A DNA stretch of 24,167 nucleotides from Planctomycetota bacterium (GCA_043740335.1 JAYUCN010000609.1:1-24167); one strand, 5' to 3'; shown: positions 1 through 7,977, counted from the first letter of the stretch. The notes: a model not told the origin generated them from the sequence alone. Translations and numbers: made by a program.

Positions 1-934
1 CCTCGTTTCGAGCAGAGACCGCCCCAGCGAAGTGGCTGAGGTCGCTGAACTCAAAGTCCAGGATGTTCTTGCTCGGCTCGGTAGTGGTCCACTTAGTCCG
101 ATCGTCGTCCTTGGTTGAATCGAAGCCGAGATGAAACTCCATGGGTTGCCGCAGGAAGCGGGCCGGCCGCTTGATCTCATCAACGGCCAACCCTCTCCAG
201 AAGCCTTCAGCAGCGAGCTTCAGGAACATCTCGCGATGCTTCGGGGCTTGTGGCATCAAGGCGATGACGAACTGCCCGCGTCCACCTGAGAGTTCGAACT
301 TTACCTTGCTCGCGTCCGCTGGGGGCTCGACCGGCGAAAAATGGCTGGGGGGTGCGTAGTTGCGTGCGGCGGCAATCTGCTCGCGCACTAGCGCCACCGC
401 GCTACCTGCCCTCACAGGCTTCAGTTGCGGTTCCTTGCCAGGCTTGAGGGGCTCTTTCGGGTCGGGCTTGAGATCCTCTCGAACTTGCACGGGATAGCCA
501 GAACTATTGACCAAAGAATGGTTTGGGAACCTTGATTCGAGTTCCTTGAGCGCCGATTCGGCACGCTCCCACTCCTTGGCAAGGACAGCCTTACGCGCTA
601 CCGCCATCAAGACGAAAGGCTTCTGGGATTCGTTCGCCTTGCCAAGACCAACCTCGAGCGTGCCAAGGTCGATCGAAGCAAGGCGCTGCGCCAAGCTGTC
701 CCCCGACTTCGTGACGTCCTTGTAAGAATCATCAAGGCCAATGGTTGCAGCAAATGACGACCAACTGGCATCAACTTCCCTCTGGTTGAAATACTTGATA
801 GCGTAATTGACTCCGACCGCGCACATTACTGCCGCAACAAGGGTCCATGCAAGCGAACGATAGCGAACCCAAAGGAACTCGATCTGGCTAGGGGACTGGG
901 TCCCTTCCAGCGTTGGGGTAGGAGTAGCGGACAT
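1..934 (-). CDS. Membrane-anchored protein with a helical (TPR/YfgM-like) region and a C-terminal degenerate cyclophilin-like domain; runs off the window at position 1
   Basis: Manual translation from ATG at 934-932 is stop-free to position 1 (311 codons): MSATPTPTLEGTQSPSQIEFLWVRYRSLAWTLVAAVMCAVGVNYAIKYF (TM) ... KEWERAESALKELESRFPNH (TPR-like) ... KVKFELSGGRGQFVIALMPQAPKHREMFLKLAAEGFWRGLAVDEI ... DFEFSDLSHFAGAVSARNE (cyclophilin-like pattern). Absent from the ORF track because it has no stop in the window. Confidence 0.8.
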   Translation of the reverse strand, partial: MSATPTPTLEGTQSPSQIEFLWVRYRSLAWTLVAAVMCAVGVNYAIKYFNQREVDASWSSFAATIGLDDSYKDVTKSGDSLAQRLASIDLGTLEVGLGKANESQKPFVLMAVARKAVLAKEWERAESALKELESRFPNHSLVNSSGYPVQVREDLKPDPKEPLKPGKEPQLKPVRAGSAVALVREQIAAARNYAPPSHFSPVEPPADASKVKFELSGGRGQFVIALMPQAPKHREMFLKLAAEGFWRGLAVDEIKRPARFLRQPMEFHLGFDSTKDDDRTKWTTTEPSKNILDFEFSDLSHFAGAVSARNE

Positions 935-948
935 TGTTCGTTGTGCGG

Positions 949-1395
949 TCAGCGGCGGGAGTAGTTGGTCGCGTAGTCAACGACCATTTCGGTAGATCCG
1001 TCGCGGCGTAGAAACGTGTAATCGGCGGAGTAGACGCCTCTCTCGAAGCGCAGGAGCGTTCCAGCTTCGTCCACTGCCCCCTCGGCTACCATGGTCCAAC
1101 TGTGCTGTGACATCCGTTGGCGGACGTAGCCCAGTGCCTCTTCAATCTTGACGGCGCCAAGGTAGACGAAATGGCCCTGTCGCCATCCAGCTTCCTCGCG
1201 TGAGAAGCTCTCATGGGCGGCGTCCCGTAGCCGAAAGCCCGTTGGCACGACTACATCCTGGAACTGTCCCGAGGTGACGCCATCCCCATGTCCCTGGTCG
1301 CTGGTTTCGCATGCGCCGAACAGCAGGAGGCTGGCGAAGAGCAAGATGCACCCGATGCAACGGCATGGGCCTCCTGGTCGGCAATGCGATTGCAT
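949..1395 (-). CDS. Putative lipoprotein, hypothetical
   Basis: Hydrophobic stretch ILLFASLLLFGA followed by Cys (lipobox-like FGA-C), then a small alpha/beta domain (FQDVVVPTGFRL...YLGAVKIEEALGYVRQRMSQHSW). Start uncertain (ATG 1395 or 1431). Stop lies 14 nt before the next ATG (934), suggesting co-transcription. Confidence 0.7.
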   Translation of the reverse strand: MQSHCRPGGPCRCIGCILLFASLLLFGACETSDQGHGDGVTSGQFQDVVVPTGFRLRDAAHESFSREEAGWRQGHFVYLGAVKIEEALGYVRQRMSQHSWTMVAEGAVDEAGTLLRFERGVYSADYTFLRRDGSTEMVVDYATNYSRR

Positions 1396-1470
1396 GGGCG
1401 CGATGCCCAATTGGCCTGGGGTGTGGGTCATGGTTCCTCGTGTACAAAAGTGTGCATCGGAGGGAAGAGG

Positions 1471-1607
1471 GGCGAGAGTCTAGCTCTGTCGGCCTGCCGA
1501 GGCAACGGCGACTACAGCCCCGAGGCGGGCACGGGAACGAGCCAGCACAACGCGAGGGCCGCGGGGGCATTTTCTGTGCCATCGGGCCGACATAGACTCT
1601 CCGCGCC
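1471..1607 (+). ncRNA. Candidate structured RNA, family not recognised
   Basis: GAGAGTCTA 1474-1482 pairs with TAGACTCTC 1593-1601; TGTCGGCC 1487-1494 with GGCCGACA 1585-1592; GGCACGGGAA 1528-1537 with TTTCTGTGCC 1571-1580 (two G-U); small hairpins at 1495-1510, 1517-1526 and 1551-1563. Lies between divergent genes. Confidence 0.45.
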
Positions 1608-1651
1608 GCGGGGCCACGAATGCCAGGACCCCAGGTCATGGAGTTCTTCAA

Positions 1652-2272
1652 ATGCGGGCATGCGACCCAGTCCGACGAGCAACCCTGCTGGAACGGGCCA
1701 CCCTCGTACTCAACCGGTCGTGGCGCCCTGTCCACGTCACCACTGTGCGCCGCGCCTTGTGCATGGTGTTCCGCGATGCCGCTCAGATCGTTTCGCCCGA
1801 GACCCTGTCGACCTACACCTTCAACGAGTGGTTGAACCAACCCCGGACAAGGGAAGACCTGACGATTCGCTCACCGAGCGTTCAGCTGGCGGCCCCCGAA
1901 GTCATTCTGCTCGTTCACTACGATCGTGTGCCGTGTCACGAGGCGCCATTCACGCGCCGGAACCTCTTCTTGCGCGACGAGTTCACGTGCCAGTATTGCG
2001 GCAGGAAGTGCACGACGGATCATCTCAGTGTCGACCATGTGCTACCTCGATCGCGCGGTGGCAGCACCTCGTGGGAGAACTGTGTGTTGGCCTGCGTTGG
2101 CTGCAATGCGCGCAAGGCAGACCGCACGCTCAAGGAAGCTGGTTTTCGCCTGCTTCGACCACCTGTTCGACCGCGCTGGACTCCCTACCTCAACCTACGG
2201 CCCAGCCAGCGAATGGAGTCCTGGTCCCGATTCGCGCCAGAGCACAAGCGACGTTCAGCCGGCGGGTCCTGA
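1652..2272 (+). CDS. HNH endonuclease (McrA/HNH_5-like, Zn-binding)
   Basis: TLVLNRSWRP N-terminal motif, FTRRNLFLRDEFTCQYCG, SVDHVLPRSRGGSTSWENCVLACVGCNARK (CxxC...H...N...CxxC-N). True start may be ~30 nt downstream (LLERATLVLN). Confidence 0.9.
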   Translation: MRACDPVRRATLLERATLVLNRSWRPVHVTTVRRALCMVFRDAAQIVSPETLSTYTFNEWLNQPRTREDLTIRSPSVQLAAPEVILLVHYDRVPCHEAPFTRRNLFLRDEFTCQYCGRKCTTDHLSVDHVLPRSRGGSTSWENCVLACVGCNARKADRTLKEAGFRLLRPPVRPRWTPYLNLRPSQRMESWSRFAPEHKRRSAGGS

Positions 2273-2404
2273 CCTTGGATTGCAGGCCATGCGAGCCGAG
2301 CTTCGGTTGCGGTATCACCGGTATCACCGCGTTGGGAGTGGACAGAACCGCCCTCTCGCACCGATCATCGTTGAACATTCCTGAGCCAACGCCGGGTCAC
2401 AACC

Positions 2405-3772
2405 ATGAAGGCACCGTTCCAGATCGCACTCTCCCTCGCCCTTCTGGCCCTCCCAGCCTTTGGCCAGACCGCCACGCAACTGAAGCAGGAACTGCGCAAC
2501 AAGGAAACTGCGGCGAAGAAGGATCCTGAGGCTCTGTTCGAAGTGGGAAAGTGGGCCAACGAGAAAGCGCTGGCTGCGGACGCCAAGCGCATCTACCAAG
2601 AGGTGCTCAAGCTCAAGCCGGATCACGAAGGAGCCAATCTTGCGGTCGGCAATGCACTCGTTGAAGGCAAGTGGCTCTCCGCCAAGGAAGCCGATGCGTT
2701 GCGAAAGAAGGCGATGGCTGCCGAGTATTCGGCGAAGGGCTTCGTCGATGTCGCGGGCGTGTGGGTCGAGAAGGAGAAGGTCGCCGACGCCAAGCGTGGC
2801 ATCTTCCACCACGAAGGGGACCAAGTGACCAAGGAAGAGAAACTGGCCCTCATGAATGGCAGGGTCCGCCACCCCGAGACGGGCGAGTTGATCGACGCCC
2901 AATACCTCGAGAAGGCCAAGAACAAGTACTTCCCGATCGGCTCGGAGGGTCGCTGGGTCGACGAGAAGGAAGCGGACACACACCACAGTGACATCAAGCG
3001 GCCGTGGAACGTCCGGACTTCGTACTGCACGGTCAGGAGCACCTTGGCGATCGCGAAGCTCCAAGAGTTCAAGCAGCACGTCGACCGCGGCTACGAGATG
3101 GTGCGACCGCTGCTCGGCTCCGCGACGCCCAGTCCAGCCAACCGACCGGTCGTGGTGGTTGCAGCGAGCCGCATCGAGTTCAAGGACTACGGCGCCCAGC
3201 TGGGGGATGAAACGTCGTCCTACGGGGCGTTCCTTGCCGACCCAGGGCGTCTCGAGAAGATCCCCATGCAAGGCGAGGTTCGCGTCGCAGTGTGTGACAA
3301 CGACAAGGAGTGGGGCACGAGATTCGCGCGCCACGCAGCAGGAATCGCCTACGTCTCTGGCGTCTCGGCCGACATCGGCGCCGACCTACCGCTGTGGTTC
3401 GTGCATGCCTTCGGCAGCTACGCAAGCCGCTTCGAGAACGACCACGACGCTGGATGGTTCGGGAAGCAACACGTTCAGAAGGGGGGGGTCCGCAACCTCA
3501 AGGGCTTCTTCTCGAGCTTCGCGATCAACATGGAAATGGAGTCGAAGGACATCGACTACAACATCTTCCAGGCGGGCTTGATGATCGCCTTCGCCGCCAA
3601 GGGCGGTGACGCCAAGGTCACCGAGGCCCTGCAAGCGGTGACGGCGGCACTGTCGGAGGGAAAGAAGGGTGGACCCGACAAGGCCATCGTCAAGTTTCAA
3701 GCCGCTCTCATCGAAGCCGAGCCAAAGATCGTCACCTACCTGCAGCAGCTGATCGCCAAGGCCCCCTCCTGA
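2405..3772 (+). CDS. Secreted hypothetical protein: TPR-like N-terminus, short G-x-W repeats, degenerate DUF1570/peptidase-MA-like C-terminal domain
   Basis: Sec signal MKAPFQIALSLALLALPAFG; typical GC3-biased codon use; LPLWFVHAFGSY resembles the PxWxxEGxAxY motif of gluzincin-like families. Confidence 0.8.
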   Translation: MKAPFQIALSLALLALPAFGQTATQLKQELRNKETAAKKDPEALFEVGKWANEKALAADAKRIYQEVLKLKPDHEGANLAVGNALVEGKWLSAKEADALRKKAMAAEYSAKGFVDVAGVWVEKEKVADAKRGIFHHEGDQVTKEEKLALMNGRVRHPETGELIDAQYLEKAKNKYFPIGSEGRWVDEKEADTHHSDIKRPWNVRTSYCTVRSTLAIAKLQEFKQHVDRGYEMVRPLLGSATPSPANRPVVVVAASRIEFKDYGAQLGDETSSYGAFLADPGRLEKIPMQGEVRVAVCDNDKEWGTRFARHAAGIAYVSGVSADIGADLPLWFVHAFGSYASRFENDHDAGWFGKQHVQKGGVRNLKGFFSSFAINMEMESKDIDYNIFQAGLMIAFAAKGGDAKVTEALQAVTAALSEGKKGGPDKAIVKFQAALIEAEPKIVTYLQQLIAKAPS

Positions 3773-3878
3773 GTCTCCCGCGACAGAATCGCTACACCCC
3801 CGTCCACTACCCTGGTTGTTCCGTCGCGCATCTGCCGAGCAGTAGCCGACTTCGTTCCTCCTTTCGTACTTTCTGCCA

Positions 3879-5747
3879 ATGATGCTGTTCCATCTCCCCG
3901 CCCTGGCATCCATCGCGCTGCTCGCGGTGCCAGCCGCCGCTCAGGGCTCGATCCTGCCCTACCTTCCCCAGAAAACAGTGTTCGTGGTCTCGGCGCCCGA
4001 CCTGCCCATGTCGATGGCCGAGTTCGCGAAGATGCCGGTCGCGAAGATGTGGGCCGAGGAGGAAGTGCAGAACTTCCTGGCCGACGTGAAGGAACTCGTC
4101 GCCAAGCAGTTCGCGAAGGGAATGGCGCAGGCGAAGGAGATGCATGCACAGGGGGCGCTGCCGATCGATCCGGAGCAGCTGCTCAATCTCCGCGTGAACG
4201 GCGTCACCTTCGCAGTCACCCAGCTCGAGGTGACCATGGGCGACTTCGGGCCGCTGCCGAAGATCGGAGTCGTGCTGCACCTCGACTTCGGTGAGTCGGC
4301 ACCGACGTGGAACTCGCTGATCCAGATGGGCCTCGGCATGATGGAGGCCAACGCGGGCGACGAACTGGTCAAGAAGGAGGCGAAGATCGGCGACGTCCAG
4401 ATGCTCTCGTTCGAAGCGAACGATGCGCGCGGCATCGAGATGGGTCTCCACATCGCGATGGTGCCGGGCGGTGTCCTGATCGGCACCCTGGCCGACGACG
4501 TGCGCGGCATCGTCGAGAACATGCAGAAGAAGACGCCGGTGCTGACGGCTTCCGAGCAATACAAGGCGATCGCGAAGCACCTGACCACCGACGGTGCCGA
4601 GTGTGAGATGTTCGTCCGCCTCGACCCGCTCGTCGAGTTCGGCTTGAGCGCATTGCGCCTCGGTGCCTCTCTGAACGAAGAGATGAAGGTGGTCGACATG
4701 GACGGGGTCGAACGCGCCATCCAGGCCATGGGGCTGCGCAACCTGGGTTCCTCGGGCTCCACGTACAACTACCTGGACGGCAAGTGCGTCAGCCGAAGCC
4801 ATAGCGCCCAATCCGGTGGAGCTGCCACGGCAGCAGTCAAGACCATCGACATGTCGTTCCTCAAGTGGGTGCCGAAGGATGCCGTCGGCTTCAGCGCTTC
4901 CACGCTGAACGTCGCGAGCATCTACGACACCTTGCTCGCCGGTTTGCAGGCCTACGATCCGGAGTTCGCCAAGCAGGCGGTCGGCCACTTGGCGGAGATC
5001 GAGAAGCAGCTCGGGTTCAACGTGCACGACGACCTCTTCGGCTCGTTGGGTGACCACTTGATCACCTGGTCGATGCCCATGGGCACGATCTCGTCCGCGC
5101 CGGAAGTTGCCATCCTCATGAAGGTGAACAACGAAGACAAGTTGGTGAAAGTGCTGAAGAGTCTCGCTCAGCTCAGCAATGGCCTGGTCGAAATCGAGGA
5201 GGGCGAAAAGCGCGGCCTGAAGGCCTACCAGATCCGCATCAACTTCGACCCCACCCAGGGCATGGGCGGCATGAACCCACTGGACATGTTCCAGCCGACG
5301 TTCGCCTTCAAGGCTGGCTATATGGTCCTCGGTTTCTCGGCCAGCGATGTCAAGCGCGTGTTCCAGCGCATGGACCGCGAAGACGACCCCAAGGGTGACA
5401 TCCGCAGCAACAAGGAGTTCACCGCCATCGCCAGCTCGCTGCCGAGTGGCATCGACAGCGTCTCCTTCACGGACTGCAAGGCGCAATTCGAAAGCTATTA
5501 CCAGATCGCCACGGGTCTGCTGGCCTTCGTGCCAATGGGTGAAGACGTGCCGATCGACATGTCCTTGCTGCCAGACTCGGGCACCTTGACCAAGCACCTG
5601 TTCGGCTCGTTGAGCTACAGCAAGACGGACGGCATGGGGTCGGAATCGGTGAGCGTCGGCCCGTTCGGCCCAGAGATGGGTCTTGCCGTTGTCGCCGCAG
5701 TCGCAGGCGCCCTGGCGACTGTTGGCTGGATGCGTCGGGGCTTCTGA
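3879..5747 (+). CDS. Secreted/membrane-anchored hypothetical protein (DUF3352-like, two similar halves)
   Basis: Signal peptide ending PAAAQ; similar domain starts ILPYLPQKTVFVVSAPDL and FLKWVPKDAVGFSAS; C-terminal hydrophobic helix followed by RR. Family assignment is by resemblance only. Confidence 0.75.
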   Translation: MMLFHLPALASIALLAVPAAAQGSILPYLPQKTVFVVSAPDLPMSMAEFAKMPVAKMWAEEEVQNFLADVKELVAKQFAKGMAQAKEMHAQGALPIDPEQLLNLRVNGVTFAVTQLEVTMGDFGPLPKIGVVLHLDFGESAPTWNSLIQMGLGMMEANAGDELVKKEAKIGDVQMLSFEANDARGIEMGLHIAMVPGGVLIGTLADDVRGIVENMQKKTPVLTASEQYKAIAKHLTTDGAECEMFVRLDPLVEFGLSALRLGASLNEEMKVVDMDGVERAIQAMGLRNLGSSGSTYNYLDGKCVSRSHSAQSGGAATAAVKTIDMSFLKWVPKDAVGFSASTLNVASIYDTLLAGLQAYDPEFAKQAVGHLAEIEKQLGFNVHDDLFGSLGDHLITWSMPMGTISSAPEVAILMKVNNEDKLVKVLKSLAQLSNGLVEIEEGEKRGLKAYQIRINFDPTQGMGGMNPLDMFQPTFAFKAGYMVLGFSASDVKRVFQRMDREDDPKGDIRSNKEFTAIASSLPSGIDSVSFTDCKAQFESYYQIATGLLAFVPMGEDVPIDMSLLPDSGTLTKHLFGSLSYSKTDGMGSESVSVGPFGPEMGLAVVAAVAGALATVGWMRRGF

Positions 5748-5776
5748 CCAAGACTCTCTTGGCCGCGGGTCGACCC
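5748..5776. terminator. Possible terminator hairpins between convergent genes
   Basis: CCAAGA-CTC-TCTTGG (5748-5762) and palindrome GGGTCGACCC (5767-5776) in the 34-nt gap between two convergent stops; no clear U tract. Confidence 0.3.
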
Positions 5777-5781
5777 TTCGT

Positions 5782-6936
5782 TCAGCACAACCCGGCGGCG
5801 AGGTAGTCGGAGCCGACGCGATCGGCCATGAGCAGACCGGCGGACGTGAGCCGGAGCATGCGCCCGTCGAAGTCGACCCAGCCGGCGCATTGGTGGGTTG
5901 CCGTGACCTCGGCGAACAGTCGGCGGGCTGGCACCTCGAGCCGTGCCTCGATGGCCTGAAGATCGATGCCCTCGGTGCGTCGGATGCCGAGCCAGACGGC
6001 CTCGCTGGCGCGCTGCGCCGGCCGCAGCGTCTCGGCAGAGCCCGCGCACGGTTCACCCGCCAGCGCAGCTGCGGCCCATGCCTCGACCGCCTTCAGGTTC
6101 GTCGTTCGCATGCCGCAACGGTGGCTCGCGGCCCCAGGCCCGACTCCCGTGTAGTCGCCTTGCAGCCAGTAGTGATCGTTGTGCAAACAGGGGCCGCCGC
6201 GCCCCGCGAAGTTGCTGACCTCGTACGCGGTGAAGCCCGCAGCCGCGAGGCGCTCGCGTGTGTGCAGGAACATTTCACGATCGTCTTCCTGATCGTTGGG
6301 TGACACCTGCTCGCGTTGCAGATCGCGGTATAGGCGCGTGCCGGGCTCGAAGGTGAGGTTGTAGCAAGACAGATGGTCGGGCATCAGCGCGAGCGCCCGC
6401 TCGAGATCGGCACGCCACTCCGCCGGAGTCTCCTTCGGGATGCCGAACATCAGATCGAGGTTGATGTTCTGGAAGCCTGCCTCGCGGAGCAGACGGAATG
6501 CATCCTCAGCGCGCTCGGCCGAGTGTGCGCGATCGAGGAACCGGAGGTGGTGCGTATGGAAACTCTGCACACCGATGCTCATGCGCGTCACGCCGGACTC
6601 ACGTGCCATCTGCGCTTTCTCGAGCGTGAGGCTCTCGGGATTGGCCTCCATGGTCACTTCGTGACTTTCGCGCAACGGCACGTGTGACGCGAGGATCGAA
6701 AACAGCCGCTGCAACCGCTCCGGGTCGAGCAGGCTCGGTGTGCCGCCGCCGAGAAAGACCGAGACCGGCGTTCCACCATGCCAGCAACGGCGCAGCTCCG
6801 CATCCAGCGCATCGAGGAAGCGGTCGTGCACGGTGCGATCGTCGTCGACATACGAGTTGAAGTCGCAGTAGCCGCACTTCACGACGCAGAAGGGCACGTG
6901 CACGTAGAGCGACGTGCCTTTGCCCGATGCGATCAT
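5782..6936 (-). CDS. hemW: Radical SAM heme chaperone HemW (HemN-like)
   Basis: SLYVHVPFCVVKCGYCDFNS (CxxxCxxC), GGGTPS, EVTMEANPE, RMSIGVQSF, NINLDLMFGIP, YEVSNFA, HNDHYW, GVGPGAAS. Start ATG 6936 (alternative 6960). Confidence 0.9.
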   Translation of the reverse strand: MIASGKGTSLYVHVPFCVVKCGYCDFNSYVDDDRTVHDRFLDALDAELRRCWHGGTPVSVFLGGGTPSLLDPERLQRLFSILASHVPLRESHEVTMEANPESLTLEKAQMARESGVTRMSIGVQSFHTHHLRFLDRAHSAERAEDAFRLLREAGFQNINLDLMFGIPKETPAEWRADLERALALMPDHLSCYNLTFEPGTRLYRDLQREQVSPNDQEDDREMFLHTRERLAAAGFTAYEVSNFAGRGGPCLHNDHYWLQGDYTGVGPGAASHRCGMRTTNLKAVEAWAAAALAGEPCAGSAETLRPAQRASEAVWLGIRRTEGIDLQAIEARLEVPARRLFAEVTATHQCAGWVDFDGRMLRLTSAGLLMADRVGSDYLAAGLC

Positions 6937-6985
6937 GGCTGATCGAATCGACACCCGCACAGGCTACGCCGCCCGACCGCCAGCG

Positions 6986-7846
6986 TCACTGCTCGCGAGC
7001 CAATCGGCGACGCGAGCGGCAAGCAACCCGCTCTTCCCCGAATTCGCGGGACATGATGCCGCACAGCTTCTCGAGGGCGTGCTGCTCCATCTGGCGGACG
7101 CGTTCCCGCGTGAGCCCGAACCGCTTGCCGATCGCTTTCAGCGTCATGGGTTCGCCCGAGCCGAGCCCGAATCGCAGCTTCAGGATCCGGGACTCGCGCG
7201 TGTCCAGCATATCGAGCAACTCCCGCATCCGCCCGATCTCCATCGCCGACAGGATCTGCGCTTCGGGCGTCTTGACGCGGGTGTCTTCGATGGCATCGGC
7301 GAACGTGGCAGCTGAGTCTTCACTCATGGAGTGAGTCGGCTGCGAGTTCGCGAGCACCGTGTCGCGCACGACGTTCCAGTTGTTCTCGGGCAGCTGCAGC
7401 TCCTCGGCGATCTCTGCCGACGTAGCCTGACGGCCGAGACGATAGTTCAACTCCATCGACGTCGCCTTCCAGCGCGAGACGATCTCCGACATGTACGAAG
7501 GCACGCGCACGGTCTTGACGGTGTTGACCAGGGAGCGGCGGATGCCCTGCTTGATCCACCACGTCGCGTAGGTCGAGAAGCGGCATCCCGCATCCGGGTC
7601 GAACTTCTCCACGGCCTTCATGAGCCCGATGTTGCCCTCCTCGATCAGGTCCATGAACGACAACCCGCGATTCGTGTAGTTCTTGGCGATCGAGACCACG
7701 AGGCGCAGGTTGGCGCGAATCATGTGCTCGCGTGCCGCCAGGTCGCCCCGTTGGATGCGTCGGGCGAGTTCGATCTCCTGTTCCGCGGTCAGCAGTGGCA
7801 CTTCGTTGATGTCGGCCAGATACGTGTCGAGACCTTGGTCCCGCAT
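6986..7846 (-). CDS. RNA polymerase sigma-70 factor, RpoD/RpoS family, lacking region 1.1 (group-2-like), 286 aa
   Basis: Region 1.2 [16 protein letters not shown]; 2.1-2.4 [41 protein letters not shown]; 4.2 [26 protein letters not shown] upstream of ATG 7846; the 8074 start in the ORF track is an artefactual extension. Confidence 0.93.
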   Translation of the reverse strand: MRDQGLDTYLADINEVPLLTAEQEIELARRIQRGDLAAREHMIRANLRLVVSIAKNYTNRGLSFMDLIEEGNIGLMKAVEKFDPDAGCRFSTYATWWIKQGIRRSLVNTVKTVRVPSYMSEIVSRWKATSMELNYRLGRQATSAEIAEELQLPENNWNVVRDTVLANSQPTHSMSEDSAATFADAIEDTRVKTPEAQILSAMEIGRMRELLDMLDTRESRILKLRFGLGSGEPMTLKAIGKRFGLTRERVRQMEQHALEKLCGIMSREFGEERVACRSRRRLAREQ

Positions 7847-7977
7847 GGCAGTTCCCCCTTCGTGTGTGACTGCCCCGATATCGACAACTCCAACACCCAC
7901 CTTCGCCGTGGTGAGGAAGTGGATACCGATCCGGGACTGCATCCGGGATGCCGCGCGTAGCGTCGCTTCGACGGGTC

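Noticed and set aside
1495-1570. Cobalamin, SAM, glycine, NiCo or yybP riboswitch, SRP or 6S RNA
   Set aside because: Fragments such as GGGAA and GAGCCAG occur, but not the ordered conserved cores of these families; a covariance-model search is needed to be certain.
1474-1601. MITE interpretation of the inverted repeats
   Set aside because: No flanking target-site duplication, the arms are interrupted by a bulge, the interior is also structured and no transposase is nearby. Not excluded without a genome-wide search.
2313-2330. Match to the lambda operator half-site TATCACCGC
   Set aside because: A short match is expected by chance in GC-rich DNA, and there is no prophage or CI-like gene in the window.
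2273-2404. tRNA or tRNA-like element after the HNH gene
   Set aside because: No cloverleaf, no TTC-R-A T-loop in a proper stem, no acceptor stem; only a short hairpin and the 9-mer repeat.
1288-2529. 413-aa plus-strand ORF
   Set aside because: Arg/Pro/Ser-rich and motif-free; overlaps the lipoprotein, the HNH gene and the next gene in other frames.
3807-6056. 749-aa minus-strand ORF and other long antisense ORFs (2324-3334, 9152-10411, 12977-15217, 15458-16831, 16299-17939, 18563-20173, 21685-23121, 22814-24133)
   Set aside because: Shadow frames opposite well-supported genes. Strong GC3 bias removes antisense stops, and the translations carry no motifs.
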